Positions 8,655 through 17,351 of a stretch of 32,000 bases of DNA are shown one piece after another (within the stretch, counting starts at the first letter, position 1; each line of letters opens with the position of its first letter). The position numbers and the translations under genes are program-made. A model generated the notes under the pieces. It searched no databases, had not been told where the DNA came from, and worked only from the letters and a program-made list of their open reading frames with translations. The stretch is from the NCBI RefSeq assembly GCF_037902255.1, contig NZ_CP147990.1:4440001-4472000 (forward strand), in the 5' to 3' direction. The stretch comes from Candidatus Electrothrix sp. GW3-4 (GTDB taxonomy: Bacteria > Desulfobacterota > Desulfobulbia > Desulfobulbales > Desulfobulbaceae).

Positions 8655-9492
8655 TCAGGAATAATGAATATCTTCAGGGAACCTGTACCCCAAAGACTGA
8701 TGAGGCCGCCGAGTATTATAAAAAGAAAAATATTCTTCCAGACCGTGGTGTAACTCACTGCCGTTTTGGTAGTCTTTCAGATAGATATTTTCATGCTTTA
8801 CCGTCCGCCAAAGACGCTCAACAAAAATATTATCCAGCGCCCGTCCCTTGCCGTCCATGCTGATTTGCACATCAACATCTGTCAGGCGTTGTGTAAACTG
8901 CCTGCTCGTAAACTGCACCCCCTGATCTGTGTTGAAAATGTCGGGTAATCCTTGAGTTAACGCTTCGTCAAGAGCCTCAAGGCAAAAGTCATTATCCATC
9001 GTATTGGATATGCGCCAGCTCAGGATGTAGCGGCTGTACCAGTCAATAATTGCCGTCAGGTACATGAAACCGTCCTGCATCGGAATATACGTGATATCGG
9101 TGCTCCAGACCTGATTGGGACGATCAATCAAGATGTTCCTCAAGAGGTAAGGATAGACCTTATGTTCACTATTCCGTTGCGTTAGCTTCGGCTTAGGATA
9201 AATTGCCTCAATCCCCATGAGGCGCATTAACCGTTGAACCCGTTTTCTGTTTACGTGAAAAGAACGTCGTTCCAGCTCAATGACCATCCGTCTGCTTCCG
9301 TAAAAAGGGCAGTCCGTGTAGATCTCGTCGATAATTCGCATCAATTTGAGGTTCAGCTCGCTTTCAACCGCAGGCTTGTAGTAGTAGCGGGATCGGCTGA
9401 TGCCGAGTAGCTCACATTGCTTCTGGATGCTAATCGACTTGTGCTGAGAGTCAATTAAATCAAGGGGATCCGAAAAGGACTCAGACTTTTTT
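8655..9492 (-). CDS. IS3-family transposase OrfB (rve integrase core), expressed as an OrfAB fusion by -1 frameshifting
   Basis: WSTDITYIP...LTAIIDWYSR...FNTDQGVQFTS...ERLWRTVKHE is the DDE (rve) pattern. The frame is open upstream of the first Met (9344), back to the A9 run. Confidence 0.85.
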
Positions 9493-9759
9493 TTTCAGCC
9501 AGTCCAGCTCCATTTTCAGGCGACCGATTTCCTCGTATAAGCGTTTTTCAGCTTTACTGGAGTCCTCTTTGGCTCTACCGCGCTTTTTGCTGAATATTTC
9601 GGTCACTCCTTCTTTGAGCTGCTTTTTCCAGGTGCTTATCTGGTTTGGTTGAATCTCGTACTGGGAGGCTAATACATTGATTGGCTTCAATTCTTTCAAT
9701 GCTTCAAGGGCAACTTTTCCTTTGAATGCTGCTGAGTGAACTCTTCTTTTTCGTGACAT
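9481..9759 (-). CDS. IS3-family transposase OrfA (HTH / leucine zipper)
   Basis: 92 aa. It ends in an A9 slippery run (9487-9495, T9 on the plus strand), typical of a -1 frameshift site. Confidence 0.85.
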   Translation of the reverse strand: MSRKRRVHSAAFKGKVALEALKELKPINVLASQYEIQPNQISTWKKQLKEGVTEIFSKKRGRAKEDSSKAEKRLYEEIGRLKMELDWLKKKV

Positions 9760-9883
9760 GCTTATGCTCTCCGGTAGTGGGCTGTATGAATCTCGAACTC
9801 GTTACCGAGCATCCAAAATACATTCAGCATTTTTTGAAAAAAATCTACCTTAAATGCCTGTCCTAAAAGATGGGTCCATTATA

Positions 9884-9994
9884 CTTCCCCGGCAGAATAG
9901 ATATCAGGTGACCACCAGGGGGATGCGGTTGACCAATGCCCTGAATGCATTGTTAGCGGCATCCATTGAGAATCTTTTAAAAATCGCCGCTTGA
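9884..9994 (+). pseudogene. Large ORF of the unclassified element, 3' portion (displaced by IS3)
   Basis: It encodes LPRQNRYQVTTRGMRLTNALNALLAASIENLLKIAA*, identical to the C-terminus of the uninterrupted copy (31127..). Confidence 0.8.
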
Positions 9995-10182
9995 TTTTCT
10001 TGTTTTTTATAGCAGGAGTTGAGGGGTAAGGCACTAAACAAAGCATATAATTGCCCGCAGTGAATATGGGCTTATGGTTCAAATCCTTGCAGGCTTCATC
10101 ACTTATTTGTTGCTTGCAATCTAACCGGACACTACTGCAAAAACTAATTTTTTTTACGATAACCCATGTTAACCCGAACGCC

Positions 10183-11226
10183 TCAAATACAATCCCAGAG
10201 AAGCGGAGTACCCCGTTTGACATCCCGACAAATTTGCTTGCCCAGAATCAACTCCAGACACTTAGGTGGCAAACCATGCCCTGGCCGGATGGTCCGGATA
10301 TTATCTTTGGTCAACACATCCCCTGCCTTCAAGTCCTTTGTGATGTAGAGAGAGCGGCGAAACATCCGTGATTTTTCTTCAGACTGTGTGGTGCCATAGG
10401 TTATCTTTCCCAGCGACTGCCAAGCTCGTTCGGTTTCAGTCACCAACTGCGCCATCTCTGCGGGTTCCAGTGAAAAGGTACTGTCCACTCCGCCATCAGC
10501 CCGGTTGAGGGTAAAGTGTTTTTCTATGACAGTAGCACCCAAGGCAATGCTTGCCACGGACACCCCGACACCCATAGTATGATCGGACAACCCCACTTCA
10601 CAGTCGAACAGTTCCCGCATATGGGGGATGGTCAGAATGTTGGTATTGTCGGCAGTGGCCGGATAGGTGCTAGTGCATTTGAGCAAAACCAAGTCGTTGC
10701 AGCCAGCCTCGCGGGCGGCGCGGACCGTTTCATCAAGTTCAGCAATGGTGGCCATGCCCGTGGAAATGATCAATGGTTTGCCGGTTGCGGCAACTCGCCG
10801 GATTAGCGGCAGATCTGTGTTTTCAAACGAGGCGATTTTGTAGCACGGCACATCCAAATTTTCCAGAAAATCAACAGCAGTTTCATCAAACGGTGTGCTG
10901 AATGGAATGATCCCCAGTTCCCGAGCACGGTCGAAAATGGGGCTGTGCCATTCCCAGGGAGTATATGCCTCGCCATACAGTTCATATAAGGATTTCCCTG
11001 CCCACAAGCTGTCAGGATCGCTGATGTGAAACTCCCCCTCATTCAAATCCAGCGTCATGGTATCCGGCGTGTATGTCTGGATTTTCAGCCCGTGAGCCCC
11101 AGCTTTGGCGGCAGCCTCTACAATTTCAAGTGCCCGGTCAAGGGATTGATTGTGGTTGCCGGACATTTCAGCGATGATGAAAGGCTTTTCGGTGTGGCCT
11201 ATTTTGCGGTTACCTATTGTGATCAT
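10183..11226 (-). CDS. pseI: Pseudaminic acid synthase (NeuB family, C-terminal SAF domain)
   Basis: 347 aa. The N-terminus IGNRKIGHTEKPFIIAEMSGNHNQSLDRALEIVEAAAKAGAHGLKIQTY is typical of NeuB/PseI. It is the last gene of the pseB-pseI operon. Confidence 0.85.
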   Translation of the reverse strand: MITIGNRKIGHTEKPFIIAEMSGNHNQSLDRALEIVEAAAKAGAHGLKIQTYTPDTMTLDLNEGEFHISDPDSLWAGKSLYELYGEAYTPWEWHSPIFDRARELGIIPFSTPFDETAVDFLENLDVPCYKIASFENTDLPLIRRVAATGKPLIISTGMATIAELDETVRAAREAGCNDLVLLKCTSTYPATADNTNILTIPHMRELFDCEVGLSDHTMGVGVSVASIALGATVIEKHFTLNRADGGVDSTFSLEPAEMAQLVTETERAWQSLGKITYGTTQSEEKSRMFRRSLYITKDLKAGDVLTKDNIRTIRPGHGLPPKCLELILGKQICRDVKRGTPLLWDCI

Positions 11227-11804
11227 TCATCACTTCCTAATTTTTCGTGATTGTTGATGCCATTAGCTTCGGGAAAATATTTTGGATTCAGACACGCTAT
11301 ACAAATGCGATCTTCCGGCTTCCCATCTTTCCAATAGTAGCCCTTCAACGTCGCCTCAACAAACCATCCTGCCTTGGTATAGGCTTTTATTGAAGGGATA
11401 TTGCTTGCATAGATACCACTATGCAAGCGGCTGATATCATATTTTTTAAAGGCAATTTCATTTGCGATGGATATGGCTTTGACAGCAATGCCTTTCCCTA
11501 AAAAATTTCGATTTCCGATCAGACAAACAAGGTCTGACGTTTTGTTGCGATGATCAATAGGGCCAATCTTGATATTACCGATGGACTGCCCATCACAATC
11601 TTGGATAAGGTAATAAAACCAACCTCCTGATTCTTTACCCTTTTCAAAATCATTTAAAATCACTTCTCGTGTGAACGTTCTTCCACTGCCTGTAAAATAA
11701 TCTAAATGTCCATCGGAATTATCAAACCAGGAAACATAAGCGTCATCAATATGCTGTTTTTCGAGAGGGATTAATCTGATTTTTACATTGTTTTTATTTG
11801 GCAT
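11223..11804 (-). CDS. pseH: GNAT-family N-acetyltransferase in the PseH position
   Basis: 193-aa RimL-like GNAT (FLGKGIAVKAISIANEIAFKKYDISRLHSGIYASNIPSIKAYTKAGW). It sits between pseG and pseI with a 4-nt stop/start overlap. Confidence 0.65.
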   Translation of the reverse strand: MPNKNNVKIRLIPLEKQHIDDAYVSWFDNSDGHLDYFTGSGRTFTREVILNDFEKGKESGGWFYYLIQDCDGQSIGNIKIGPIDHRNKTSDLVCLIGNRNFLGKGIAVKAISIANEIAFKKYDISRLHSGIYASNIPSIKAYTKAGWFVEATLKGYYWKDGKPEDRICIACLNPKYFPEANGINNHEKLGSDE

Positions 11805-12946
11805 GATTTTTCTTTATCAAATTTCAGCTCGTCTGGGATTGGCTTAACCGATTCGAAGAACGTGCGAAGAACACGGCCTGTTCCTTTACCATCCACTACA
11901 GAACTGCTTGATTGGGACATTTTAATCAGTTCTGTACTGTTCATAAAAAACCTGAGTGTCGAACTCAATTGTTTAAAAACAACATCAATACAATCAAGTA
12001 TTTTTATACATCCTTTTTGTTCAAGAGCCATAGCACTTTCCTGCTGATTTTCAGCAACGATTAGAGTTAGTGTGGGCAAACCCAAACAACACCTTTCCCA
12101 GGAGGTGCTGCCCGCAGCACCTATGGCCAGATCGCTGTCAGCCATCAACTGCGCCATGTTCTGCACGTTGACCATAACTTCCGTCGTCTGCGGCAGTTGT
12201 TCTGCTATGGATTTGATCTGTGATAGCCAAGGCGCATTGGGTCCCATCACAACGGTAATACGCAAGTTATCGGGAAGCGTACATGCTTTTATTGCTTCAA
12301 GAATCTGGCCTGTAGCGTTAATTTGATCGACACCTCCCATTGAAATCATCAGATGTTTCAATTTCGGATTAGCCCGACGTTGCAAACTGTAATCGCGAAG
12401 TGCAGCAAATTCAGGGCGCAGTAATGAATAGCGAGGACCGGTCAAAACAGTGCATTTTTCAGGAACAAGATGATGATAATGCTTTTTATCACGACCTAAA
12501 TTTTGATCCAGCAACAAATCACAGTCATGAATGCGGTTCGCCAAATCGTCAATCACCATGATGCGCCCGACATGAGAACACAATGCACTTTCCCAGGATT
12601 TATCCAAACCGTAGTGGTCAACTATTAGCCAATCCAGTTGTATACCTTGTAATGCGGCAATGGTTTCAGTAGCGTCTTGTTCTTGGGTGACACCCAGCCA
12701 ACCGGCATAGTCTTCATCTAAGGCGTTCTGAGTGTCTTCTGGCGGTGACGGTAATTCGTGTACAGGAAACGTCTCCCTCAATAATTTATTCAAGTTTCCT
12801 CTATGCCTACGGCATACAAAATGGACATCCGCGCCGCGCACCTTCAACTCTTCAGCTAAAGTACGGCAACGCATAAGGTGACCAGTACCTATGCGTATAG
12901 AGCTATCAACTCGGAATAAATACCTTTTTTTAATTTCTAAGGGCAT
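11783..12946 (-). CDS. pseG: UDP-2,4-diacetamido-2,4,6-trideoxy-beta-L-altropyranose hydrolase (PseG-like, GT28-type fold)
   Basis: 387 aa. The N-terminus FRVDSSIRIGTGHLMRCRTLAEELKVRGADVHFVCR is the PseG signature. Its operon context supports the call. Confidence 0.75.
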   Translation of the reverse strand: MPLEIKKRYLFRVDSSIRIGTGHLMRCRTLAEELKVRGADVHFVCRRHRGNLNKLLRETFPVHELPSPPEDTQNALDEDYAGWLGVTQEQDATETIAALQGIQLDWLIVDHYGLDKSWESALCSHVGRIMVIDDLANRIHDCDLLLDQNLGRDKKHYHHLVPEKCTVLTGPRYSLLRPEFAALRDYSLQRRANPKLKHLMISMGGVDQINATGQILEAIKACTLPDNLRITVVMGPNAPWLSQIKSIAEQLPQTTEVMVNVQNMAQLMADSDLAIGAAGSTSWERCCLGLPTLTLIVAENQQESAMALEQKGCIKILDCIDVVFKQLSSTLRFFMNSTELIKMSQSSSSVVDGKGTGRVLRTFFESVKPIPDELKFDKEKSCQIKTM

Positions 12947-13637
12947 AGAGAACTTTAGCCATTTCTAAATCTTCAAAGTCATCAATATCGACAGCACTAG
13001 CCCATGGGATCTCTCTGAATGTATGCTTTTTACCGTAAAAAGTCTTGTCAAGTTCAAGTTGTTGTATGGCAGCAATCCATATTGCCCCGCTGGGACAATA
13101 AAGGGATTTAAGATCTTGTGACCTTTTCTGTAATGCATCCCTAAACAAAGGTTCTGGACATCCGTTACCATCTAAGCTATGAGCCCACCAAGGATTCATC
13201 CATCCGTAACGAAAGCAGCTAATTTGATAACTAAAGTTACGCTCTAAAAAGTTATCAAATGAAATAATAATATCATCGGCATCTCTTAAAGGACAGTTTG
13301 GCATTAACTGAACAACTATGGAATAATCTTCAGCCCAATATTGCCTAGCTTGGCTAAGTGCTGATAATGTGGCTTCGCTTACAGGGCTATGATCATCTTG
13401 GGCGGTGTTACGCATAAAAGGGACTTCTGCCCCAAATGAGCTAGAAATTTCAGCAATTTCCTCACTATCTGTACTAACCAATATCCGGTTAAAAATATTA
13501 GATTTTTGAGCAGCCTTAATTGTCCAAGCAATCATAGGCTTACCACAAAAATCAATAATATTCTTTTTAGGGATACGTTTACTTCCACCACGAGCAGGAA
13601 TTATAGCGATAGAATTTCCAGTTACCATAACGTCCAT
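12930..13637 (-). CDS. pseF: Nonulosonate cytidylyltransferase (CMP-pseudaminic acid synthetase-like, CTP_transf_3)
   Basis: 235 aa. IAIIPARGGSKRIPKKNI..F.GKPMIAWTI is the acylneuraminate cytidylyltransferase N-terminal motif. Confidence 0.75.
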   Translation of the reverse strand: MDVMVTGNSIAIIPARGGSKRIPKKNIIDFCGKPMIAWTIKAAQKSNIFNRILVSTDSEEIAEISSSFGAEVPFMRNTAQDDHSPVSEATLSALSQARQYWAEDYSIVVQLMPNCPLRDADDIIISFDNFLERNFSYQISCFRYGWMNPWWAHSLDGNGCPEPLFRDALQKRSQDLKSLYCPSGAIWIAAIQQLELDKTFYGKKHTFREIPWASAVDIDDFEDLEMAKVLYALRN

Positions 13638-14371
13638 CCCCCATCAACAGGAATCGTTGCGCCTGTCATACCGTTGCTCGCATCGGACAACAAAAAGTCT
13701 ACAGGGCCAGTCAAATCATCTGGAACAAGCATTCGCCTTTGAGGGCATAAAGTAGCATAGCGCTGTTTAAACATTTCGTCTACCCGTCCTTCTAATCCAC
13801 CAAATGCAATGCAATTAACTTGAATATCTTGATATGCCAAGCGTACGGCTAATTCTTTGGTTAAGTGAGAAAGCGCTGCCTTTGTAACGCCATAGTGAAG
13901 AGGTGATTGTGTGATATAATCAGTGTAAAGAGAAGGTGTTGCTGCAACCGTACCATACATTGAACCTATATTAACAACTCGTTTTAATAACTGCTTATCC
14001 GCTAAAAAAATAGTCAGTTGGTATGGCACAACAACGTTTAAAAGTAGCTCTCCCATAAAATTGTCCCGGCTAACAGTACCATCTGATTGTATTTTTAACG
14101 TTTCTGCACTACGTGCATTGTTAATTAAGCAGTTAGGCTGTATATTCCAAGTGCCGATTTTCTCTATAAACTCTAATATGGCATTTTCAGACGTTAAATC
14201 AATTTTAAATATAAAAAAGTTCTCATTGGATGCATGGTTTTTTTGCAGGCTATTGAATGATGCTTCACTGCGACATATGGCAATTATTACGTCGCCATTA
14301 GATAAAAAATAGTCGGTTAAGATTCGTCCGAACTTTCCTGATGCCCCAGTTAATAAAATGCTTCTACTCAT
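13622..14371 (-). CDS. Short-chain dehydrogenase/reductase (SDR)
   Basis: 249 aa. It has the LLTGASGKFGR Rossmann motif and a YGVTKAAL catalytic YxxxK. It has overlapping stop/start codons with both neighbours. Confidence 0.8.
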   Translation of the reverse strand: MSRSILLTGASGKFGRILTDYFLSNGDVIIAICRSEASFNSLQKNHASNENFFIFKIDLTSENAILEFIEKIGTWNIQPNCLINNARSAETLKIQSDGTVSRDNFMGELLLNVVVPYQLTIFLADKQLLKRVVNIGSMYGTVAATPSLYTDYITQSPLHYGVTKAALSHLTKELAVRLAYQDIQVNCIAFGGLEGRVDEMFKQRYATLCPQRRMLVPDDLTGPVDFLLSDASNGMTGATIPVDGGWTLW

Positions 14372-15285
14372 TGAGAGGGATTTCCTTTTTCTAATAATGA
14401 CACGACACGTTGAACAAACATAGGGTCAGTGCGTACATCAGAATGAATAACTCCTTCTGTAAAATCAGCTAACGCTGCCTTAAAAGCTGCAAAGGAATCT
14501 TTTAAAATAAGGTCTTGCCAGTTTTCACTACCGATGAGACGCAAAGACAACGGAGCGACAACATCATCTCCCAACGCTGAAATACTTGCCCAAAATCCAC
14601 TTTCCCACTTGATATACAAAATAGAACCATTATTACTGACAGACGTGTAATCGGTTTGCAGAATTTTTCCTTCATTTCCTATCAGCTTAAGCATTGGCTC
14701 AATAATATGAACAGCATACTTGGCCCAACTTTTAGGAGTTGTTGCCTGTATACACTTTAACACACCTATATTTTTAAGCACATCAGCGGATAATTGAAAC
14801 TCTTTTGCATACGCTAAAGCTGAACAGGTAAATATTTGTCCAGGATATTTTTGTAACTGATATATAGAATCTAGCCCCTCCCGTGATAAAGCAATGGGCT
14901 TATCAATGTAAATCGGCAAACTTGCTTCAATGAACGGTTTCGCATAATAAAAATGATTTTCCGCATCATCGCGTGCGAGTAACACTCCGTCAATATGCCC
15001 TATCATATCAACAAAAGAATCCACAACCGTTTCAATTTTAGATGCTCGCGCTATCTGTTCAGACTTACTTCTATCTTGTGTCCAAATATGAGTTACTCTG
15101 CCAGTAGAAAGAATATCTTCAGGAAACTTTCGTTTTGCTAAATATTCTAGTATGATAGGAAATTCACAGCATTGCATATAACCGTGATCATAACCGTTAA
15201 ATATAGCAGCCCACGAATAAGGGTGTCCATTACCTTCAGACATTCCAATTATTCCAAGCTTTAGAGGTTTCATCATATTTTCCAC
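14368..15285 (-). CDS. Gfo/Idh/MocA-family oxidoreductase
   Basis: 305 aa. It has an N-terminal LKLGIIGMSEGNG dinucleotide-binding start and a KPIALS segment, consistent with the family EKP-type motif. Confidence 0.65.
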   Translation of the reverse strand: MENMMKPLKLGIIGMSEGNGHPYSWAAIFNGYDHGYMQCCEFPIILEYLAKRKFPEDILSTGRVTHIWTQDRSKSEQIARASKIETVVDSFVDMIGHIDGVLLARDDAENHFYYAKPFIEASLPIYIDKPIALSREGLDSIYQLQKYPGQIFTCSALAYAKEFQLSADVLKNIGVLKCIQATTPKSWAKYAVHIIEPMLKLIGNEGKILQTDYTSVSNNGSILYIKWESGFWASISALGDDVVAPLSLRLIGSENWQDLILKDSFAAFKAALADFTEGVIHSDVRTDPMFVQRVVSLLEKGNPSQ

Positions 15286-16181
15286 TGTGATGGATCCACA
15301 AAATCAGAATGATCTACAGCATACTTTAAAAAATCAATTTGTTGAGACTTTTGAATAGATACATTATAAGCAGCACTAATTTCTTGCAGATGAACGACAC
15401 TGTCAACCCCAACCAATACTTTATCAATCAAATCAATAGATTTAACAAATTGAACTGCACTTGACAGCAAACTAAACCCATGAGAATGAATCTCATTCTG
15501 GTATGTTTGAATATGTCGTTTTATGGGATCGAAGTAAGAATGAAGCTCATCGGGACGCATAAGCAGTAGTCCTTGCAAAAAAATTGATCGGGCATGAATT
15601 TCAACTCCTCTTTTTTTCAAATCAGACAAATGACCGCTTTGTATCAATCTCTGATCCAAAATATTTACAGGCACCTGTATTATATCAATATCATAGCGGC
15701 TATTGATCATATCAATTTGTTTAGCCGTATAAACGGAAACACCTGCTTTTCTCAATTTTCCATCTTTCTTCAAATCAATTATTGCCTGATACAGGTTTTC
15801 TCCACCAGGCACGAGAAGATCCTCAGCGTTATGAACCATAAGCCCGTATACGCTGTCAACTAATAGTCGATCAAGGGATTGTTCAAAAGATTTTTTGAGT
15901 TGAGAAATATGTCGTTGTTCAATTTTTTTACTTTTGAAGTGGGGCGTTTTGGTAATGATGCGGAACTGATGTCCAACCGGCATTGTTTGGCCCAAAACCT
16001 GTTCACTGCGTCCATATTGGCTAGCCGTATCAAGGTAACGTATCCCTTTCCTTCGGGCAACTTCAAGGATTCGACGTACTTCTTGTTTTGATGTCTGCCC
16101 TTCAGAATTGGAAATACCATATTTCATTCCAAACTGAACTGTACCGAGACCCAATTTTAATAATTTGTTTTTTTTCACCAT
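15273..16181 (-). CDS. Aldo/keto reductase
   Basis: 302 aa. LGLGTVQFGMKYG......RRILEVARRKGIRYLDTASQYGRSEQVLG is the classic AKR N-terminal pattern. Confidence 0.8.
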   Translation of the reverse strand: MVKKNKLLKLGLGTVQFGMKYGISNSEGQTSKQEVRRILEVARRKGIRYLDTASQYGRSEQVLGQTMPVGHQFRIITKTPHFKSKKIEQRHISQLKKSFEQSLDRLLVDSVYGLMVHNAEDLLVPGGENLYQAIIDLKKDGKLRKAGVSVYTAKQIDMINSRYDIDIIQVPVNILDQRLIQSGHLSDLKKRGVEIHARSIFLQGLLLMRPDELHSYFDPIKRHIQTYQNEIHSHGFSLLSSAVQFVKSIDLIDKVLVGVDSVVHLQEISAAYNVSIQKSQQIDFLKYAVDHSDFVDPSQWKI

Positions 16182-16190
16182 TTTTTAAAT

Positions 16191-17351
16191 TCAGTTTCCT
16201 ATAGTGTCGTGGAGAATTTGGACGACGATGTCTTGCTGATCATTTTTCATTGCAGGGAACAGCGGCAGAGTGATGGCTTCTCTGTAATATTGTTCGGCTT
16301 TGGGGAATTGACCAATTTTAAATCCCAATCTTTGATACCAAGGCTGTGTATGGACTGGAATGTAATGAAGGTTGACACCGATACCTTTTTCTCTCAATTT
16401 CTCATAAATCTGTTTTTGGCTCAGTTTAATCTTGTTCAGTTGAAGACGAATGACATAAAGATGCCAAGCAGACAAACCATCCGGGTTTTGCCAAGGTATG
16501 ATTATCGGCAAACCCGTTAGCAGTGGCTCATATCGTTGAGCTATTTCACGACGTCTATCGATAAACATATCCAATTTTTCAAGTTGGCTTAGCCCTAAAG
16601 CCGCCTGAATATCAGTCATGCGATAGTTGAAGCCCAAATCAATCTGCTGATAATACCAAGGGCCGTCCGGGGAATGGGTCATGATCTCCGGCTCACGGGT
16701 AATGCCGTGGCTGCACAGCAGGGCCATGCGTGAGGCCATATCTGCATCATTGGTGGTGTTCATGCCCCCTTCACCCGTGGTGATGATTTTCACGGGATGA
16801 AAGCTGAATACCGTGATGTCGCTGTACCGGCAATTGCCGATGGGTGCCCCTTTGTATTCTCCACCTAAGGCATGGCAGGCATCTTCAATGATCTTGAATC
16901 CATATTTTTGAGATAGATCAAAGATGGCTTGCATATTGCAAGGCTGTCCGCACAGATGCACCGGAATAACGATTTTGGGAAGGCGATTTTCCTTTTTTGC
17001 CTGTTCCAGTTTTTCTTCAAGGGCTTTTGGGCACAGGGTATACGTGTATGGATCGATATCCACGAAATCAACCTCAGCACCGCAATACAGGGCACAATTG
17101 GCAGAAGCCACAAACGTGATGGGTGAGGTCCACAGGATATCCCCCGGTCCCAGCCCCAAGGCCAAGCAAGCCACATGCAGGGCACTGGTTCCAGAATTGA
17201 CTGCCACAGCGTGATTAGACCCCACTTTATCTCTCGCGGCTCGCTCAAACGCTGGCACTTTCGGACCCTGAGTGAGAAAATCAGATTGCAAAACATCGAT
17301 AACTGCGTCAATGTCTGCTTGGGTGATGTGCTGTCTGCCATAAGGGATCAT
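16191..17351 (-). CDS. pseC: UDP-4-amino-4,6-dideoxy-N-acetyl-beta-L-altrosamine transaminase (DegT/DnrJ/EryC1 family)
   Basis: 386 aa. MIPYGRQHITQADIDAVIDVLQSDFLTQGPKV, and later FSFHPVKIITTGEGG (PLP-lysine region). It has a 4-nt overlap with pseB. Confidence 0.85.
   Translation of the reverse strand: MIPYGRQHITQADIDAVIDVLQSDFLTQGPKVPAFERAARDKVGSNHAVAVNSGTSALHVACLALGLGPGDILWTSPITFVASANCALYCGAEVDFVDIDPYTYTLCPKALEEKLEQAKKENRLPKIVIPVHLCGQPCNMQAIFDLSQKYGFKIIEDACHALGGEYKGAPIGNCRYSDITVFSFHPVKIITTGEGGMNTTNDADMASRMALLCSHGITREPEIMTHSPDGPWYYQQIDLGFNYRMTDIQAALGLSQLEKLDMFIDRRREIAQRYEPLLTGLPIIIPWQNPDGLSAWHLYVIRLQLNKIKLSQKQIYEKLREKGIGVNLHYIPVHTQPWYQRLGFKIGQFPKAEQYYREAITLPLFPAMKNDQQDIVVQILHDTIGN

Larger units (their letters stand above)
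8540..9883 (-). mobile_element. IS3-family insertion sequence (1344 bp) nested in the unclassified element
   Basis: Inverted repeats: TAAAGTGGACCCCATC at 8540, and the reverse complement of TATAATGGACCCATC ending at 9883. A 3-bp TSD CTT lies at 8537-8539 and 9884-9886. The empty site ...gaaaaCTTcccc... is visible in copy 2. Confidence 0.9.
6930..10038 (+). mobile_element. Unclassified repeat element, copy 1 (about 1.76 kb once the nested IS3 is removed). The left end is tentative.
   Basis: 7780-8539 plus 9884-10038 match the reverse complement of 31083-32000 at more than 99% identity. The right end is defined where the two copies diverge (10038 / 31083). The left end is inferred from where methyltransferase-fragment homology stops (6929). 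Confidence 0.7.

Noticed and set aside
10040-10100. A GGTTCAAATCC T-loop-like 11-mer (10077-10087) suggested a tRNA gene or tRNA 3' fragment serving as an attachment site next to the repeat element end.
   Set aside because: The putative T-stem has a mismatch. No 5-bp/7-nt anticodon arm can be folded from the preceding 17 nt with either a 4- or 5-nt variable loop. No acceptor partner or CCA-compatible end is present.
10039-10182. Weak resemblance (for example the shared CTTCATCA, and TTGC..G..AAT.GGGC) between this spacer and methyltransferase sequence near 1320-1370. This hinted that the repeat element had split the duplicated methyltransferase gene.
   Set aside because: The similarity is scattered and at chance level. 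Only 144 nt are available before the pseI stop, whereas about 570 nt of methyltransferase 5' sequence would be expected.
9879-10223. Minus-strand 114-aa ORF downstream of pseI, and the 97-aa ORF 6934..7227.
   Set aside because: Each crosses a mobile-element boundary: the IS3 / repeat-element end at 9883-10038, and the repeat-element 5' region. They overlap better-supported features and are therefore chimeric reading frames.
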